This document shows positions 1-9,729 of a DNA stretch of 64,000 nt, piece after piece. The DNA lies in the NCBI GenBank assembly GCA_003151395.1, contig PLXJ01000039.1, positions 56,969 to 120,968 on the forward strand, given 5' to 3'. The position numbers were made by a program, and so were the translations under genes. Position 1 is the stretch's first letter, and every line of letters begins with the position of its first letter. The stretch is from Actinomycetota bacterium (lineage in GTDB: Bacteria > Actinomycetota > Actinomycetes > Nanopelagicales > Nanopelagicaceae). The notes below the pieces were generated by a model. The model was not told the DNA's origin, did not search any database, and saw only the letters and a program-made list of their open reading frames with translations.

Positions 1-1525
1 GAGCGCGAACCCAGACTCGCTCTCCTACCTTGTAGGAAATTGCCTGTCCCGGCCATCCTAAGTAGCGATCTATCTCTGAACGAGCAAAGTCAGGTGCAAG
101 CATCGCGCGATCCACCATTAAGTCATAAGCGGATTGCGCATTCCAAACATTGCCATCAAAGTCTTTGTAGCCACAGTGCATTCCGATATCAACAATGATG
201 CGAGCTGCGCGCATTGATTGTGCCGAAAGGAACCCAAGTTCGTAGGCTGGATCATCGAAAGCACCTAACTCATCCATGAAACGCTCTGCGTATAACGCCC
301 AGCCTTCACCATAACCACTGATCCATGCTTCAGTGCGTTGGAAGCGAGTCAATCGATCCTTCTCGATTGTCGCCGTCGCACATTGCAGATGGTGACCCGG
401 AACTGCTTCGTGATACCAAATTGATGCGAGCCTCCAGAAATTAAATCGGGTATGTCCGAGCGTTGGATACCAGGTTGTTCCTGGACGTGAAAGATCTTCA
501 CTTGGCGGCATGTAGTAAGGAGCCGCGGCAGATCCTTCAGGCGCGATCGCTGCATCGCAAAACTTAATACGAGGATCAATATCAAAGTAAACGCCATCTA
601 ACTTTTCAACTGCTTCCTGCGTAAATTCCTTGAGTTTTGCCAGGAGATTCTCTTCGCCATCGATACGGTGCAGCTCTGCATCTTCACAATACTCGGCAAC
701 TTCTTTAAGGCTTTTGCCGCCCAATCCCAATTTTTCCGCGGCTCTATACATGCGAGCATTGATTTGATTGAGGTCATCAACCGCCCAGTCATAGGTTGCT
801 CGCAAGTCAAGATCAGCGCCGGTGAAATATCTAGCCCATGGTGCATAACGCTCTTCACCCACGCCGTCGATATCTAGGGAACGTGGTGCGTGAACATCCT
901 TCATCCAAGCAGACATGGAGAGGCAAGCGGCTTCTGCGTTCGATGCTGCCAAATGAAGCTCTGGATATTTTCCATCGGGATCCATCGCGTGAGCCATTTC
1001 TGCATAGCCACCTGAACCATGGACTTCCAGTTGATTTGCCACGCCCAAGACTTGACGACGTGAAGTTCCTTTGCCGAGACTATTCATATCTTCTAGAGTC
1101 GATTTCCAAGAATCCAACGCTGCGCCAATCGCATTTAAACGAGCCGCGACGTTTGCTATCGCTTCTGGTCCTTCGGTATTCATAATTGTAAAAATCGAAC
1201 GAATTCCAGAGGCAGGGTTAGCAATTGGTCCATAGGTAATGAACGATTCTTTTGAATCAAATAATTTGAGCGAAGCTTCTACACGTTCAATCAGAACTTC
1301 TTTTGCGATACGATCAATTTCATCGATAGGCGGCATCGCCTTTACGCGATTTAGAACATCACGGCGATAATCCGCTGCTTTGGTTTCTGCGGCGATCGAA
1401 AAATCATCTAGCAGGTGGTCATATCCGGGAATTCCAAGCGCAGTAGCGTTCATTGGGCTCATTCGACCCAAGGTATCGATGTATTCATCAGAAATTGCAA
1501 AAATATCGGAACGGTGAGTTGTCAT
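1..1525 (-). CDS. DUF885 family protein (metallopeptidase-like); 3' end lies outside the window
   Basis: Absent from the ORF track because there is no stop inside the window. Hand translation from ATG at 1525..1523 stays open to base 2 (MTTHRSDIFAISDEYIDTLGRMSP...IWYHEAVPGHHLQCATA...GEGWALYAERFMDELG). The HEAVPGHH and GWALYAE blocks are typical of DUF885. Confidence 0.7.
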   Translation of the reverse strand, partial: MTTHRSDIFAISDEYIDTLGRMSPMNATALGIPGYDHLLDDFSIAAETKAADYRRDVLNRVKAMPPIDEIDRIAKEVLIERVEASLKLFDSKESFITYGPIANPASGIRSIFTIMNTEGPEAIANVAARLNAIGAALDSWKSTLEDMNSLGKGTSRRQVLGVANQLEVHGSGGYAEMAHAMDPDGKYPELHLAASNAEAACLSMSAWMKDVHAPRSLDIDGVGEERYAPWARYFTGADLDLRATYDWAVDDLNQINARMYRAAEKLGLGGKSLKEVAEYCEDAELHRIDGEENLLAKLKEFTQEAVEKLDGVYFDIDPRIKFCDAAIAPEGSAAAPYYMPPSEDLSRPGTTWYPTLGHTRFNFWRLASIWYHEAVPGHHLQCATATIEKDRLTRFQRTEAWISGYGEGWALYAERFMDELGAFDDPAYELGFLSAQSMRAARIIVDIGMHCGYKDFDGNVWNAQSAYDLMVDRAMLAPDFARSEIDRYLGWPGQAISYKVGERVWVRA

Positions 1526-1591
1526 GGTCCGAGCATAATCCACCGTCCCAAAAGTGAACATCTCGAAGCGATTGCTCTCTAGGATCTGTCA

Positions 1592-2779
1592 ATGAGTCAT
1601 CGCCAAGGAACGCGAGCCCGCAATGCCCTCTGGCACCTCTTCTTTCTCATGGGGATTGTCTCGATGGCTTGGGTGCCACGTATTCCGGAGGTTAAAGCAC
1701 ACTTCGGTTTAAGCGATGGCGGACTCGGCTTTGTTCTGCTCGGGAGTACTTGCGGTGCAATCATCGGATCGCAAGTAGGTGGACGCCTCACCCACACCTA
1801 CGGATCGCGGAATATCGCGGGAGTTGGTGCGCTCTTTATGTCCGGGGGTTTGTTCATGATGGGCAGCGCGCATCAAATACTTCAACTCTTCACCGGCCTC
1901 TTTGTAATGGGATTTGGTTATGTCATGTTGGACATTACTGTGAACACGCAGGCAGTCGCTGTGGAAAAGATTTTAGAAAGACGCTGGATGTCCACCTTCC
2001 ACGGCACTTGGAGCGTCGGCTCTTTCGTGACGACAGTGAGTGGTGGTCTTGTGGCACATGCCATCACACCACAATTAGAACTCAAAGCAGTTGCCGTAAT
2101 TGCACTAATTCTCTTTGTTCCCGGCATTTACTATTTGTTGGATGGTGACGCCGACGGACACAAGGGTGACGATGGAAAGTCTGAAGGAAAACTCTCCTTC
2201 TTCGATAAGACATCACTACCACTTTGGGCGATTGGGCTTGGACTCCTAGGTTGCTTACTTCCCGAAGGAGCCGCAAGTGACTGGGGTGGCGTACTTCTTC
2301 ACGACCATATGGGAGTCGGGAAGGGTGCCGATGCGATTGCCTTTGCAACCTTTGCACTCGCCATGATCACCAGCAGATTCTTAGGAGATCACTGGTTGTC
2401 TAAATACGGTCCGAGTAGGACTGTTCGCGTTGGTGGGTACTTCGCGGGAATTACCTGGGGTCTGGCAATTGCGATTGCGGTTCCGCTTTCGGCTCATGCA
2501 AAAATTCCTGCCGTCATTATCATCTGTATTGGATTCGCTGCCGCCGGCATTGGAATTGGTCCCATGGTTCCCGCTTTCATGAACGCAGCCGCGAAAGTTC
2601 CAAATGTTGCGCCATCCGTTGCGCTTGCTCGCGTGAACATAATCGGCCTCGCCGCATTTTTTATTGGCCCAACCTTAACTGGCGGGGTATCTCAACTAAC
2701 TTCATTACCGATTGCGCTTTACATTTCAGTACTCTTATTGATTTTTACTGGGTATCAATCGCGCGTTATTCGATCTTAA
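1592..2779 (+). CDS. MFS transporter
   Basis: 395-aa ORF with about 12 hydrophobic Gly/Ala-rich helices. Divergent from the DUF885 gene across a 66-nt spacer. Confidence 0.7.
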   Translation: MSHRQGTRARNALWHLFFLMGIVSMAWVPRIPEVKAHFGLSDGGLGFVLLGSTCGAIIGSQVGGRLTHTYGSRNIAGVGALFMSGGLFMMGSAHQILQLFTGLFVMGFGYVMLDITVNTQAVAVEKILERRWMSTFHGTWSVGSFVTTVSGGLVAHAITPQLELKAVAVIALILFVPGIYYLLDGDADGHKGDDGKSEGKLSFFDKTSLPLWAIGLGLLGCLLPEGAASDWGGVLLHDHMGVGKGADAIAFATFALAMITSRFLGDHWLSKYGPSRTVRVGGYFAGITWGLAIAIAVPLSAHAKIPAVIIICIGFAAAGIGIGPMVPAFMNAAAKVPNVAPSVALARVNIIGLAAFFIGPTLTGGVSQLTSLPIALYISVLLLIFTGYQSRVIRS

Positions 2780-4473
2780 TCAGTTACAACTCTAATTATT
2801 TTGAGTTCTCCTGGAGCATTTGCAGGGACGACTGGATTGTTCGGGGCTTGGAACGCTACCTCCACATATGGAGAACCTTGCACCGGTCTGCGATCCGCTT
2901 CACCTTTATTTGGCCACATCGACATCGCGCGTTCGGCTTGGGCGGTGATGGTAAGTGAAGGATTTACGCCGAGGTTTGCGGTCACACTCGATCCATCAAC
3001 AATATGCAGCGTTGGATAGTTCCAAACACGGTGATAAGCATCGATCACTCCCGTGTCAGCCGAATCGCCAATAACGCACCCACCAACGAAGTGGGCGGTA
3101 AATGGCGCGCCAACCAGATCGCCAATATGCCCTCCAGGTATTCCTCCGTGCTTGGTTGCAATCTTTCTTACAACCTCATTTGCCGCTGGAATGTAAGTAG
3201 CGTTTGGAGTTTGGGAGTCATTTTTAGAAGTTAAGCGCCAGCCAAAGAGACCGCGTTTTCCAGTTATCGATAGCGAAGAATCAACATTCTGCATAACCAG
3301 CGCGATGACCGTGCGTTGGCTCCACTTGCGAACATCTAGAAAACGTCGAAGCAAACCGGGGTGGTGCAACAGCGTTCGCCACCACTGAGACCTGCGGGCC
3401 TTAGGGTTTTCGCCCTCGGTCATGATGGTTTGAATCATTCCCATTAGGTTGCTGCCGACTCCGTACCTGACTGGTTCGATATGAGTATGTTCGTCAGGGA
3501 AGAACGATGAAGTAATTGCCGCTCCCTTACTAAAGTCGATATCGATGTTTGGCATCAGCGCACCCGTCAACGATTCGCTGTTCGTTCTTGATAATTTGCC
3601 AAGAGAATCAGCGAGCTTTGGCAGAACCTTGCTGTCTTTCATTGTGTGCAACAGTTTTTGAGTGTTGTAAGTCCCGGCGGCGACTATCACCTGCTTGGCA
3701 GTGAATACTCGTCTCCTTCCAAACCAAGCACTACTTTTCTTTGCAATTACCCGCCAACTTCCATCCGACATTTGATCGATTTTTCTCACAGTGTGTTCGG
3801 CAAACACTTGGACACCTGCACCCTCTGCTAAACCGAGGTAATTTTTCGGCAAGGTATTTTTCGCGTTATACCTGCAACCTGACATACATGCTCCGCATTG
3901 CATGCAACCTGTCCGCTCCGGGCCTTTGCCACCAAAGAAAGGATCAGGTGCCGACTTGCCAGGACCTGCTCCAAAGAAAACACCGAGCGGAGCCATTTTG
4001 AAGGTATGACCAACTCCCATTTCAATGGCGGCATCCTTCATAGCTTGATCTGATGGCGAGAAAAATGGATTCTCGATAACACCTAACATCCGTGCTGCCT
4101 GGTCGTACCACGGGAGAAGTTCAGCTTTCCAATTGGTTATATGGCGCCATTGCTTATCTTCAAAATAGCTATCTGGCGGGATATAAAGAGTATTGGCATA
4201 CACCAACGAACCCCCGCCTACACCGGCGCCGGCGAGCACCAACACATCTGGTAGAAAATGGATTCTTTGAATTCCCTTGAGTCCAAGTTTTGGAAAATAG
4301 AGAAACTTATTGATCCGCCACGATGTCTTGGGAAAATCTTTATCTTCAAATCTGCGACCTGCTTCGAGCACTGCAACTTTGTAACCTTTTTCAGCGAGTC
4401 GTAGTGCGCTAACGGAACCACCAAACCCAGATCCAATGATAATTACATCAAAATCACGCTCTCCCGGATTCAC
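2776..4473 (-). CDS. GMC-family FAD-dependent oxidoreductase (cholesterol oxidase ChoD-like)
   Basis: N-terminal FAD Rossmann motif DVIIIGSGFGGSVSALRLAEKGYKVAVLEAG, 565 aa, C-terminal AHFVGGCVIG block. Confidence 0.8.
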   Translation of the reverse strand: MNPGERDFDVIIIGSGFGGSVSALRLAEKGYKVAVLEAGRRFEDKDFPKTSWRINKFLYFPKLGLKGIQRIHFLPDVLVLAGAGVGGGSLVYANTLYIPPDSYFEDKQWRHITNWKAELLPWYDQAARMLGVIENPFFSPSDQAMKDAAIEMGVGHTFKMAPLGVFFGAGPGKSAPDPFFGGKGPERTGCMQCGACMSGCRYNAKNTLPKNYLGLAEGAGVQVFAEHTVRKIDQMSDGSWRVIAKKSSAWFGRRRVFTAKQVIVAAGTYNTQKLLHTMKDSKVLPKLADSLGKLSRTNSESLTGALMPNIDIDFSKGAAITSSFFPDEHTHIEPVRYGVGSNLMGMIQTIMTEGENPKARRSQWWRTLLHHPGLLRRFLDVRKWSQRTVIALVMQNVDSSLSITGKRGLFGWRLTSKNDSQTPNATYIPAANEVVRKIATKHGGIPGGHIGDLVGAPFTAHFVGGCVIGDSADTGVIDAYHRVWNYPTLHIVDGSSVTANLGVNPSLTITAQAERAMSMWPNKGEADRRPVQGSPYVEVAFQAPNNPVVPANAPGELKIIRVVTD

Positions 4474-4546
4474 GGAACATTCCTATCATCATGTCCGCTT
4501 TATCGAAAGGGTAAAACCGCTAGTTAGGTAGGTTGTAACCTTAATT

Positions 4547-6370
4547 ATGTTGCTTTTGGGGAGTACCGCTCTCTCCCTGCTCTTAGGTTGGTTCTTTAGC
4601 CTTAATGGAAATCTTCGAGCGTCACACGTGGTATTTGCACTGGGTGGAATTTCTGGTCTGTACCCATCTATTAAGTGGCTCATCGCATCTGTCCGGGAAA
4701 AACAATATGGATCAGATTTGCTTGCGCTCCTCACAATAATCGCGACTTTAGTGAGTGGTGAATATTTAGCATCCGCGGTTATAGCGCTCATGCTGGCGAC
4801 CGGTCGAATACTTGAAAAATGGGCCGCTGGGAAAGCAGATCGGGAACTTCAAGAATTACTATCAAGGGTTCCACAAGAAACACATCGACTCAATGAAGAC
4901 GGTTCGCTCACCGAGATGAGTGTCTCGGAAATTACGGTGGCGATGAAAATCGTTGTAAAATCTGGTGAAGTAATTCCCGCGGATGGAACTTTGCTTACGA
5001 AGGCAACTATTGATCAAGCTGCACTTACGGGTGAACCACTTCCCGTCGAGCGCGAAGTATCCGATTCAATTTCCAGCGGAGCGCTCAACGCAGGACAGAA
5101 TTTTTCAATGAGCGTTGAAAAATTGCCGAGTGAAAGTACTTATGCCGGAATCATAGAATTAGTCCGATCCGCAAAGAAGAACTATTCCAAGAGCATTCGA
5201 CTGGCAAATCGTTACGCACTCATATTCATACCAACAGTAATCGGTGCGGCCATCATTACCTTAATAGCAACTAGAAACTTTGCGCGATCGGTTTCGATTC
5301 TGGTAATCGCGACACCCTGCCCCCTGATTCTTGCTGTCCCCATCGCCGTTGTGTCAGGTATGTCGATGGCGGCGAAGCGCGGCGTTATTGTCCGTTCCGG
5401 CGCGGCACTCGAAAAACTAGCCGAAGCACAGACGCTTTTGATAGATAAAACTGGAACGCTTACCCTCGGCGGGCTCGAAGTAATAAATGTTTACTTCTCG
5501 ACTGAATACACAAAAGAGTCGCTCCTTCAGCTTGCAGCGTCGATCGATCAGCATTCACCACACGTCGTAGCAAAGGCAATTGTTGGAGCAGCCATGAAAA
5601 GTGGGATTGATTTAAAGCTGGCTTCGAACATAACCGAAGACCAAGGAGTTGGAATCACGGGTGAAGTCGAGAATAAATCGGTCTACGTCGGCAAAATCCG
5701 GACTGCTCTACCGCATTGGGTTCCCCTCCAGGTGGGTTTATACGTTGGCGTTGAAGTCGAGAACCACTTGGTCGGAGTAATCGAATGTTCTGACCCGATA
5801 CGTCCGGATGCAAAGAGGTGCTTAGACGAATTGATAAATGAAGGTATAACTCGAATTGTGTTAGTTACGGGCGATAGCGAATCGGGGTCGAAGGTAATCA
5901 TGAGTGAGTTACCGATCTCGGAACCACATTACTCACTCACTCCTGAGGGAAAACTGGCGATTGTTAAAGCAGAAATGGAAAGAACGAAGGGTTCAGTGAT
6001 CTTAATTGGGGATGGGATCAACGATTCACCCGCATTAGCTGCGGCAGACGTTGGGATAGCCATGGGAGGTTCCGCAGCTACTGCGGCTAGCGAAGCGGCC
6101 GACATTGTGATCGTTCAGCCATCCCTCACCCGCATTGTGGCAACTTTGAAGATCGCGAAGCTAACGGTCAGGCGGGCGATTCAGTCGGCAGCGCTTGGAA
6201 TGGGACTTTCGACGATTGGGATGGTGTTTGCTGCCAATGGATCGATCAAACCTTCCGAGGGCGCATTCTTGCAAGAAGGAATTGATTTGCTCTCAATATT
6301 ATGGGCGCTAACAGTTTTGGTTGCCTATCGAGGAAACCGTTTTGACCAATCTACTTTAAGTAAGAGATAG
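4547..6370 (+). CDS. P1B-type heavy-metal-translocating P-type ATPase with a TPCP transmembrane motif and no N-terminal metal-binding domain
   Basis: TGEPLPVE, DKTGTLT and GDGINDSPAL P-type motifs. The transmembrane metal motif is IATPCPLILAVP. No CxxC HMA domain; 607 aa. Confidence 0.85.
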   Translation: MLLLGSTALSLLLGWFFSLNGNLRASHVVFALGGISGLYPSIKWLIASVREKQYGSDLLALLTIIATLVSGEYLASAVIALMLATGRILEKWAAGKADRELQELLSRVPQETHRLNEDGSLTEMSVSEITVAMKIVVKSGEVIPADGTLLTKATIDQAALTGEPLPVEREVSDSISSGALNAGQNFSMSVEKLPSESTYAGIIELVRSAKKNYSKSIRLANRYALIFIPTVIGAAIITLIATRNFARSVSILVIATPCPLILAVPIAVVSGMSMAAKRGVIVRSGAALEKLAEAQTLLIDKTGTLTLGGLEVINVYFSTEYTKESLLQLAASIDQHSPHVVAKAIVGAAMKSGIDLKLASNITEDQGVGITGEVENKSVYVGKIRTALPHWVPLQVGLYVGVEVENHLVGVIECSDPIRPDAKRCLDELINEGITRIVLVTGDSESGSKVIMSELPISEPHYSLTPEGKLAIVKAEMERTKGSVILIGDGINDSPALAAADVGIAMGGSAATAASEAADIVIVQPSLTRIVATLKIAKLTVRRAIQSAALGMGLSTIGMVFAANGSIKPSEGAFLQEGIDLLSILWALTVLVAYRGNRFDQSTLSKR

Positions 6371-6885
6371 AGCACAGAAATACAAATCAGTTGCAAGGCA
6401 ATACCCCATGGAGACTTTATGGAATCGAGTAATACCGTACCCATCGCATGTTGCTTAAGAGTGGACGCACCGAAAACAGAGATCGAGTAACTGATTGAAC
6501 GGCCGATCATGAAGGCACCAGTTATCGGTACGAGTGGTGCGTTCATTAGTGCAGCCGCCTCAAAAACTTGAGCAGATGGGAGAGGCGAAATTACAAAGAA
6601 TAGGAAATAAAGTGCGTAACCTTTCTTTCCGCGATCCAAGCGATTTCGAACTAGTTCCAAGTTTTTTGTGTACTGCGGATTCAGCCTATGACGTATGGAT
6701 CTCACCCCGAGCGCCAGACAGTAGCGGCCCGACGCGGCAGCTAATACCCCGATCACGATTATCGAAATAGAGTTGAGATTTGAGTTGAGTTTGTAAAAAA
6801 CCAAAATCACCCAAGTAGGAGGAGCGAATGCCGGTAAAAGATTGATTCCAAAGACCAAGGCAGCAAGAATGAAATACTGACCCAT
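6325..6885 (-). CDS. Integral membrane protein, family uncertain (possibly DedA/VTT-like)
   Basis: 186-aa ORF with 4-5 hydrophobic helices. Its 3' end overlaps the convergent ATPase gene by 46 nt. Confidence 0.45.
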   Translation of the reverse strand: MGQYFILAALVFGINLLPAFAPPTWVILVFYKLNSNLNSISIIVIGVLAAASGRYCLALGVRSIRHRLNPQYTKNLELVRNRLDRGKKGYALYFLFFVISPLPSAQVFEAAALMNAPLVPITGAFMIGRSISYSISVFGASTLKQHAMGTVLLDSIKSPWGIALQLICISVLYLLLKVDWSKRFPR

Positions 6886-6903
6886 CAGGAAAGTTAAGGG
6901 TAA

Positions 6904-7368
6904 CTACTCTTTAACGATGACAACCGGGCAATGAGCATGCGCCACACAATGTGTGCTCACCGATCCCAAGAGGGTTTCAATCATGGGACTGTGGCCTCTA
7001 TTTCCAAGAACTAGCAAATCAGCATCAGCGCTCTGTTCAACCAAAAGTAATCCCGCATAACCTTCCGATATGGCGAAATCAACATTCGCCGGATGGGGGT
7101 CTCCGAAAGCGGCATGAATCGACTTATCCAAGCGATACTGCGCAATCTGAGCCGGTCTATCATTAATTTCCGAAAGGTCAAAATTTAATCCGATCGCAAT
7201 CAACTCGATGGTTGGGAACGGAGTCCGCCAAGCAGTGAGTACATCTATATGAGCACCTTGTTGAGCTGCAAATTCAGCGGCCCACTTCAAGGCAGCAATT
7301 GACCTATCGGAGCCGTCAACGCCAACAAGGATTTTTCTAATTGAGTCTCCTGATTTTCTCCCGCGCAT
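6904..7368 (-). CDS. Universal stress protein (UspA family)
   Basis: 154 aa. N-terminal ILVGVDGS block and C-terminal LLVLGNRGHS...GSVSTHCVAHAHCPVVIV ATP-binding block. Confidence 0.85.
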   Translation of the reverse strand: MRGRKSGDSIRKILVGVDGSDRSIAALKWAAEFAAQQGAHIDVLTAWRTPFPTIELIAIGLNFDLSEINDRPAQIAQYRLDKSIHAAFGDPHPANVDFAISEGYAGLLLVEQSADADLLVLGNRGHSPMIETLLGSVSTHCVAHAHCPVVIVKE

Positions 7369-7511
7369 CTCGGCCCCCCCTTTTTTTTAGCTAGAACTTT
7401 ATAATATTCATATTAATAGGTGAGATTGCAGTCATGGCTAGAGCCAGCACTCCGATTCGTAGCAAATTGAATATTTAGCCCCGTTGAACACCATATTGGT
7501 ATCCTCAAACC

Positions 7512-8318
7512 ATGCTTTCGGAGATTCTGACATTTGTCTTCTTCCTCTTGATTGGGCTTGAAATCCGCGAGGGTATTAGCAGGCCAAAAGAGGCGATTCT
7601 TCCCGCCCTCTGTGCGCTATTTGGAATGGTATTCCCAGCGTTGCTTTTCATAGTTCTGCATAGTGGCTCAAGCGCCTGGGCGGTCGCCATGCCGACTGAT
7701 GTTGCACTTGCGATCGGAGCCTTGAGTATCCTCGGAAAGAGAGTAAATCCCTCTGTACGACTATTTCTGCTCACTCTGGCTGTGGCCGATGACTTCTTTT
7801 CCTTGTTAGTTATCGCAATATTCTTTAATAAAGATCTACATCTTGCGAGTGCTATCTACACATTGGGAGCTGCTTCGATCGGATTCCTGCTCCCCTTTCG
7901 AAGCGTTCTCATCAAAATACTGGCGCCACTAACCACTTTCGTAATTATTCCTATCTATATTTGGATTAATTTGTTATGGCATCTCGATTTTTCACAAAGC
8001 ACCTCCAAAATAAGTCTCACTCTCGTCGCTGCGCGAGTTGTGGGTAAAGTTCTGGGAATCTCACTTTCAGCCTGGCTACTAACCAAGTGGACTCCATTGA
8101 AACTTCCAGAAAGCCTTTTACTAAAAGAGGTGATCGGAATCGGATTTCTGGCGGGAATGGGCCTAACTGTTTCAATCGTAATTGCAAAAATAACTCTGAC
8201 GACTCCGATTCAATTGTCACAAGTTCAAACTGGACTTTTTTTCTCCGCTTTACTCTCCGGATTAATTGGTGTGCTGTGGCTCAGATTTACTGGAGTCACT
8301 GGTCAAAGAGGTCATTGA
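7512..8318 (+). CDS. nhaA: NhaA-family Na+/H+ antiporter homologue, markedly shortened (possible gene remnant)
   Basis: FLLIGLEIREG, MPTDVALAIGALSILG, LAVADDFFSLLVIAIFF and GMGLTVSIVIA blocks match NhaA helices. It is only 268 aa against roughly 390-430 for the family, and an in-frame TGA at 7485 blocks N-terminal extension. Confidence 0.6.
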   Translation: MLSEILTFVFFLLIGLEIREGISRPKEAILPALCALFGMVFPALLFIVLHSGSSAWAVAMPTDVALAIGALSILGKRVNPSVRLFLLTLAVADDFFSLLVIAIFFNKDLHLASAIYTLGAASIGFLLPFRSVLIKILAPLTTFVIIPIYIWINLLWHLDFSQSTSKISLTLVAARVVGKVLGISLSAWLLTKWTPLKLPESLLLKEVIGIGFLAGMGLTVSIVIAKITLTTPIQLSQVQTGLFFSALLSGLIGVLWLRFTGVTGQRGH

Positions 8319-9539
8319 TTGGATACGGCGACACATCAACGTAAAGTAATTCGGACTCTTAGCGCCGCCCAAATCTTAAACGGTGTTGGAACTTCGGGTA
8401 CCGTTGCAGCCGGTTCACTACTCGTTACCTCAATTTCCAAATCAGAATCCCTGGCGGGACTAGCGCAGACAACAACGGTTCTAGGCGCTGCCATGATGGC
8501 GCTGCCTTTGGCAAAACTGACTCAAATCGGTGGCCGCCGGCTTTCTCTGGTCAGTGGGTATCTCGTGGGCGTGGTCGGGGCAACTCTCGCCATCGTCGGC
8601 GGGACGCATAAAGTTTTATTTCTCATGTTGGCAGGCGCCTTCATGGTTGGCGCGGCATCCGCTTCTGGATATCAAGCACGTTTCGCAGCCATAGATTTAG
8701 CGACCGCCGAGAATCGCTCTAGAAACCTCTCTTTCGTTGTTTGGGGATCAACAATTGGAGCTGTTACCGGCCCAAACCTCATGCAACCCGCTGGCAACTT
8801 CGCTCACTTCCTCCACCTTCCTCGGCTTGTCGGACCCTATTTCATCGCCGGAGCCAGTCTCTCTTTAGCAAGTATTGCAATTCTTCTCTTCCTTAAGCCT
8901 GACCCTTATTTGACCGCCAACCTCTCATCTGACGGTGTCACACAGAAGAAACACAAAACGACACGTGCCGCCCTGAGACATATTCGGGAAATTCCGAACG
9001 CCCTCTTCGCTATATCAGCAGTTGGGGTCGGCCATTTGGCAATGGTTTCGATCATGGTGATGACTCCAGTACACATGTCGCACGTCGATGTGACCTTGTC
9101 GGTAATTGGATTGGTTATAAGCGTTCATATTTTAGGAATGTACGCCTTCTCTCCACTTGTGGGGGCGCTGAGTGACAAATTAGGTCGGGTGCGCGTGATT
9201 CAAATAGGGGTCACTATTCTTTTACTAGCCGCAATAATTGCCGGGCTCTCTCCTGCAATGAATACGGTCTCACTCGGTATTGGACTTTTCCTATTGGGTC
9301 TGGGTTGGTCGTGCACTTTAATTGCGGGCTCAACGCTGTTGTCAGAATCCGTCTCAGTTGAAATGAAGCCCGCCTCCCAAGGTGCCAGCGATTTAGTCAT
9401 GAATCTCATGGGAGCCTTGGGAGGGGCATTGAGCGGAGTGATCATTGGAGTACTTACTTTCGGATGGCTCTGTCTCTTTATCGCGATCTTTATAGTGGCC
9501 CTTGGAATATGGTCGCTAAAGGTGAAGAAGAATTTTTAG
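8319..9539 (+). CDS. MFS transporter
   Basis: 406-aa ORF with 12 predicted hydrophobic helices. TTG start lies immediately after the nhaA-like stop. Confidence 0.7.
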   Translation: MDTATHQRKVIRTLSAAQILNGVGTSGTVAAGSLLVTSISKSESLAGLAQTTTVLGAAMMALPLAKLTQIGGRRLSLVSGYLVGVVGATLAIVGGTHKVLFLMLAGAFMVGAASASGYQARFAAIDLATAENRSRNLSFVVWGSTIGAVTGPNLMQPAGNFAHFLHLPRLVGPYFIAGASLSLASIAILLFLKPDPYLTANLSSDGVTQKKHKTTRAALRHIREIPNALFAISAVGVGHLAMVSIMVMTPVHMSHVDVTLSVIGLVISVHILGMYAFSPLVGALSDKLGRVRVIQIGVTILLLAAIIAGLSPAMNTVSLGIGLFLLGLGWSCTLIAGSTLLSESVSVEMKPASQGASDLVMNLMGALGGALSGVIIGVLTFGWLCLFIAIFIVALGIWSLKVKKNF

Positions 9540-9552
9540 CCGAAATCGTTAA

Positions 9553-9627
9553 TGGAGCCCCCCGTCAGGATTGAACTGACGACCTTCCGCTTACAAGGCG
9601 GATGCTCTACCACTGAGCTAGGGAGGC
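9553..9627 (-). tRNA. tRNA-Thr (anticodon UGU), CCA encoded
   Basis: The reverse complement folds by hand into a cloverleaf: acceptor GCCTCCC/GGGGGGC, D arm GCTC-AGTGGTA-GAGC, anticodon arm TCCGC-CTTGTAA-GCGGA, variable loop AGGTC, T arm GTCAG-TTCAATC-CTGAC, then T-CCA. Total 75 nt. Confidence 0.9.
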
Positions 9628-9729
9628 GGACCGCTTAAAAGCGGCTCTTCAACTGCTTGAAGTAAGGCGTAATTATGACACGGCGAAATGGCATAAGCGA
9701 ACTCGCATGGTTCGGGGTAGGTTTCGCAG

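Noticed and set aside
349-1185. Four ORF-track ORFs (349..597-, 598..858-, 668..877+, 838..1185+).
   Set aside because: All lie inside the long uninterrupted minus-strand DUF885 frame (1..1525) but in other frames. Their translations have no recognisable features.
9540-9729. tRNA-Thr as a possible integration site for a genomic island.
   Set aside because: There is no integrase, no duplicated tRNA 3' end and no direct repeat nearby. The flanking genes are ordinary housekeeping or transport genes.
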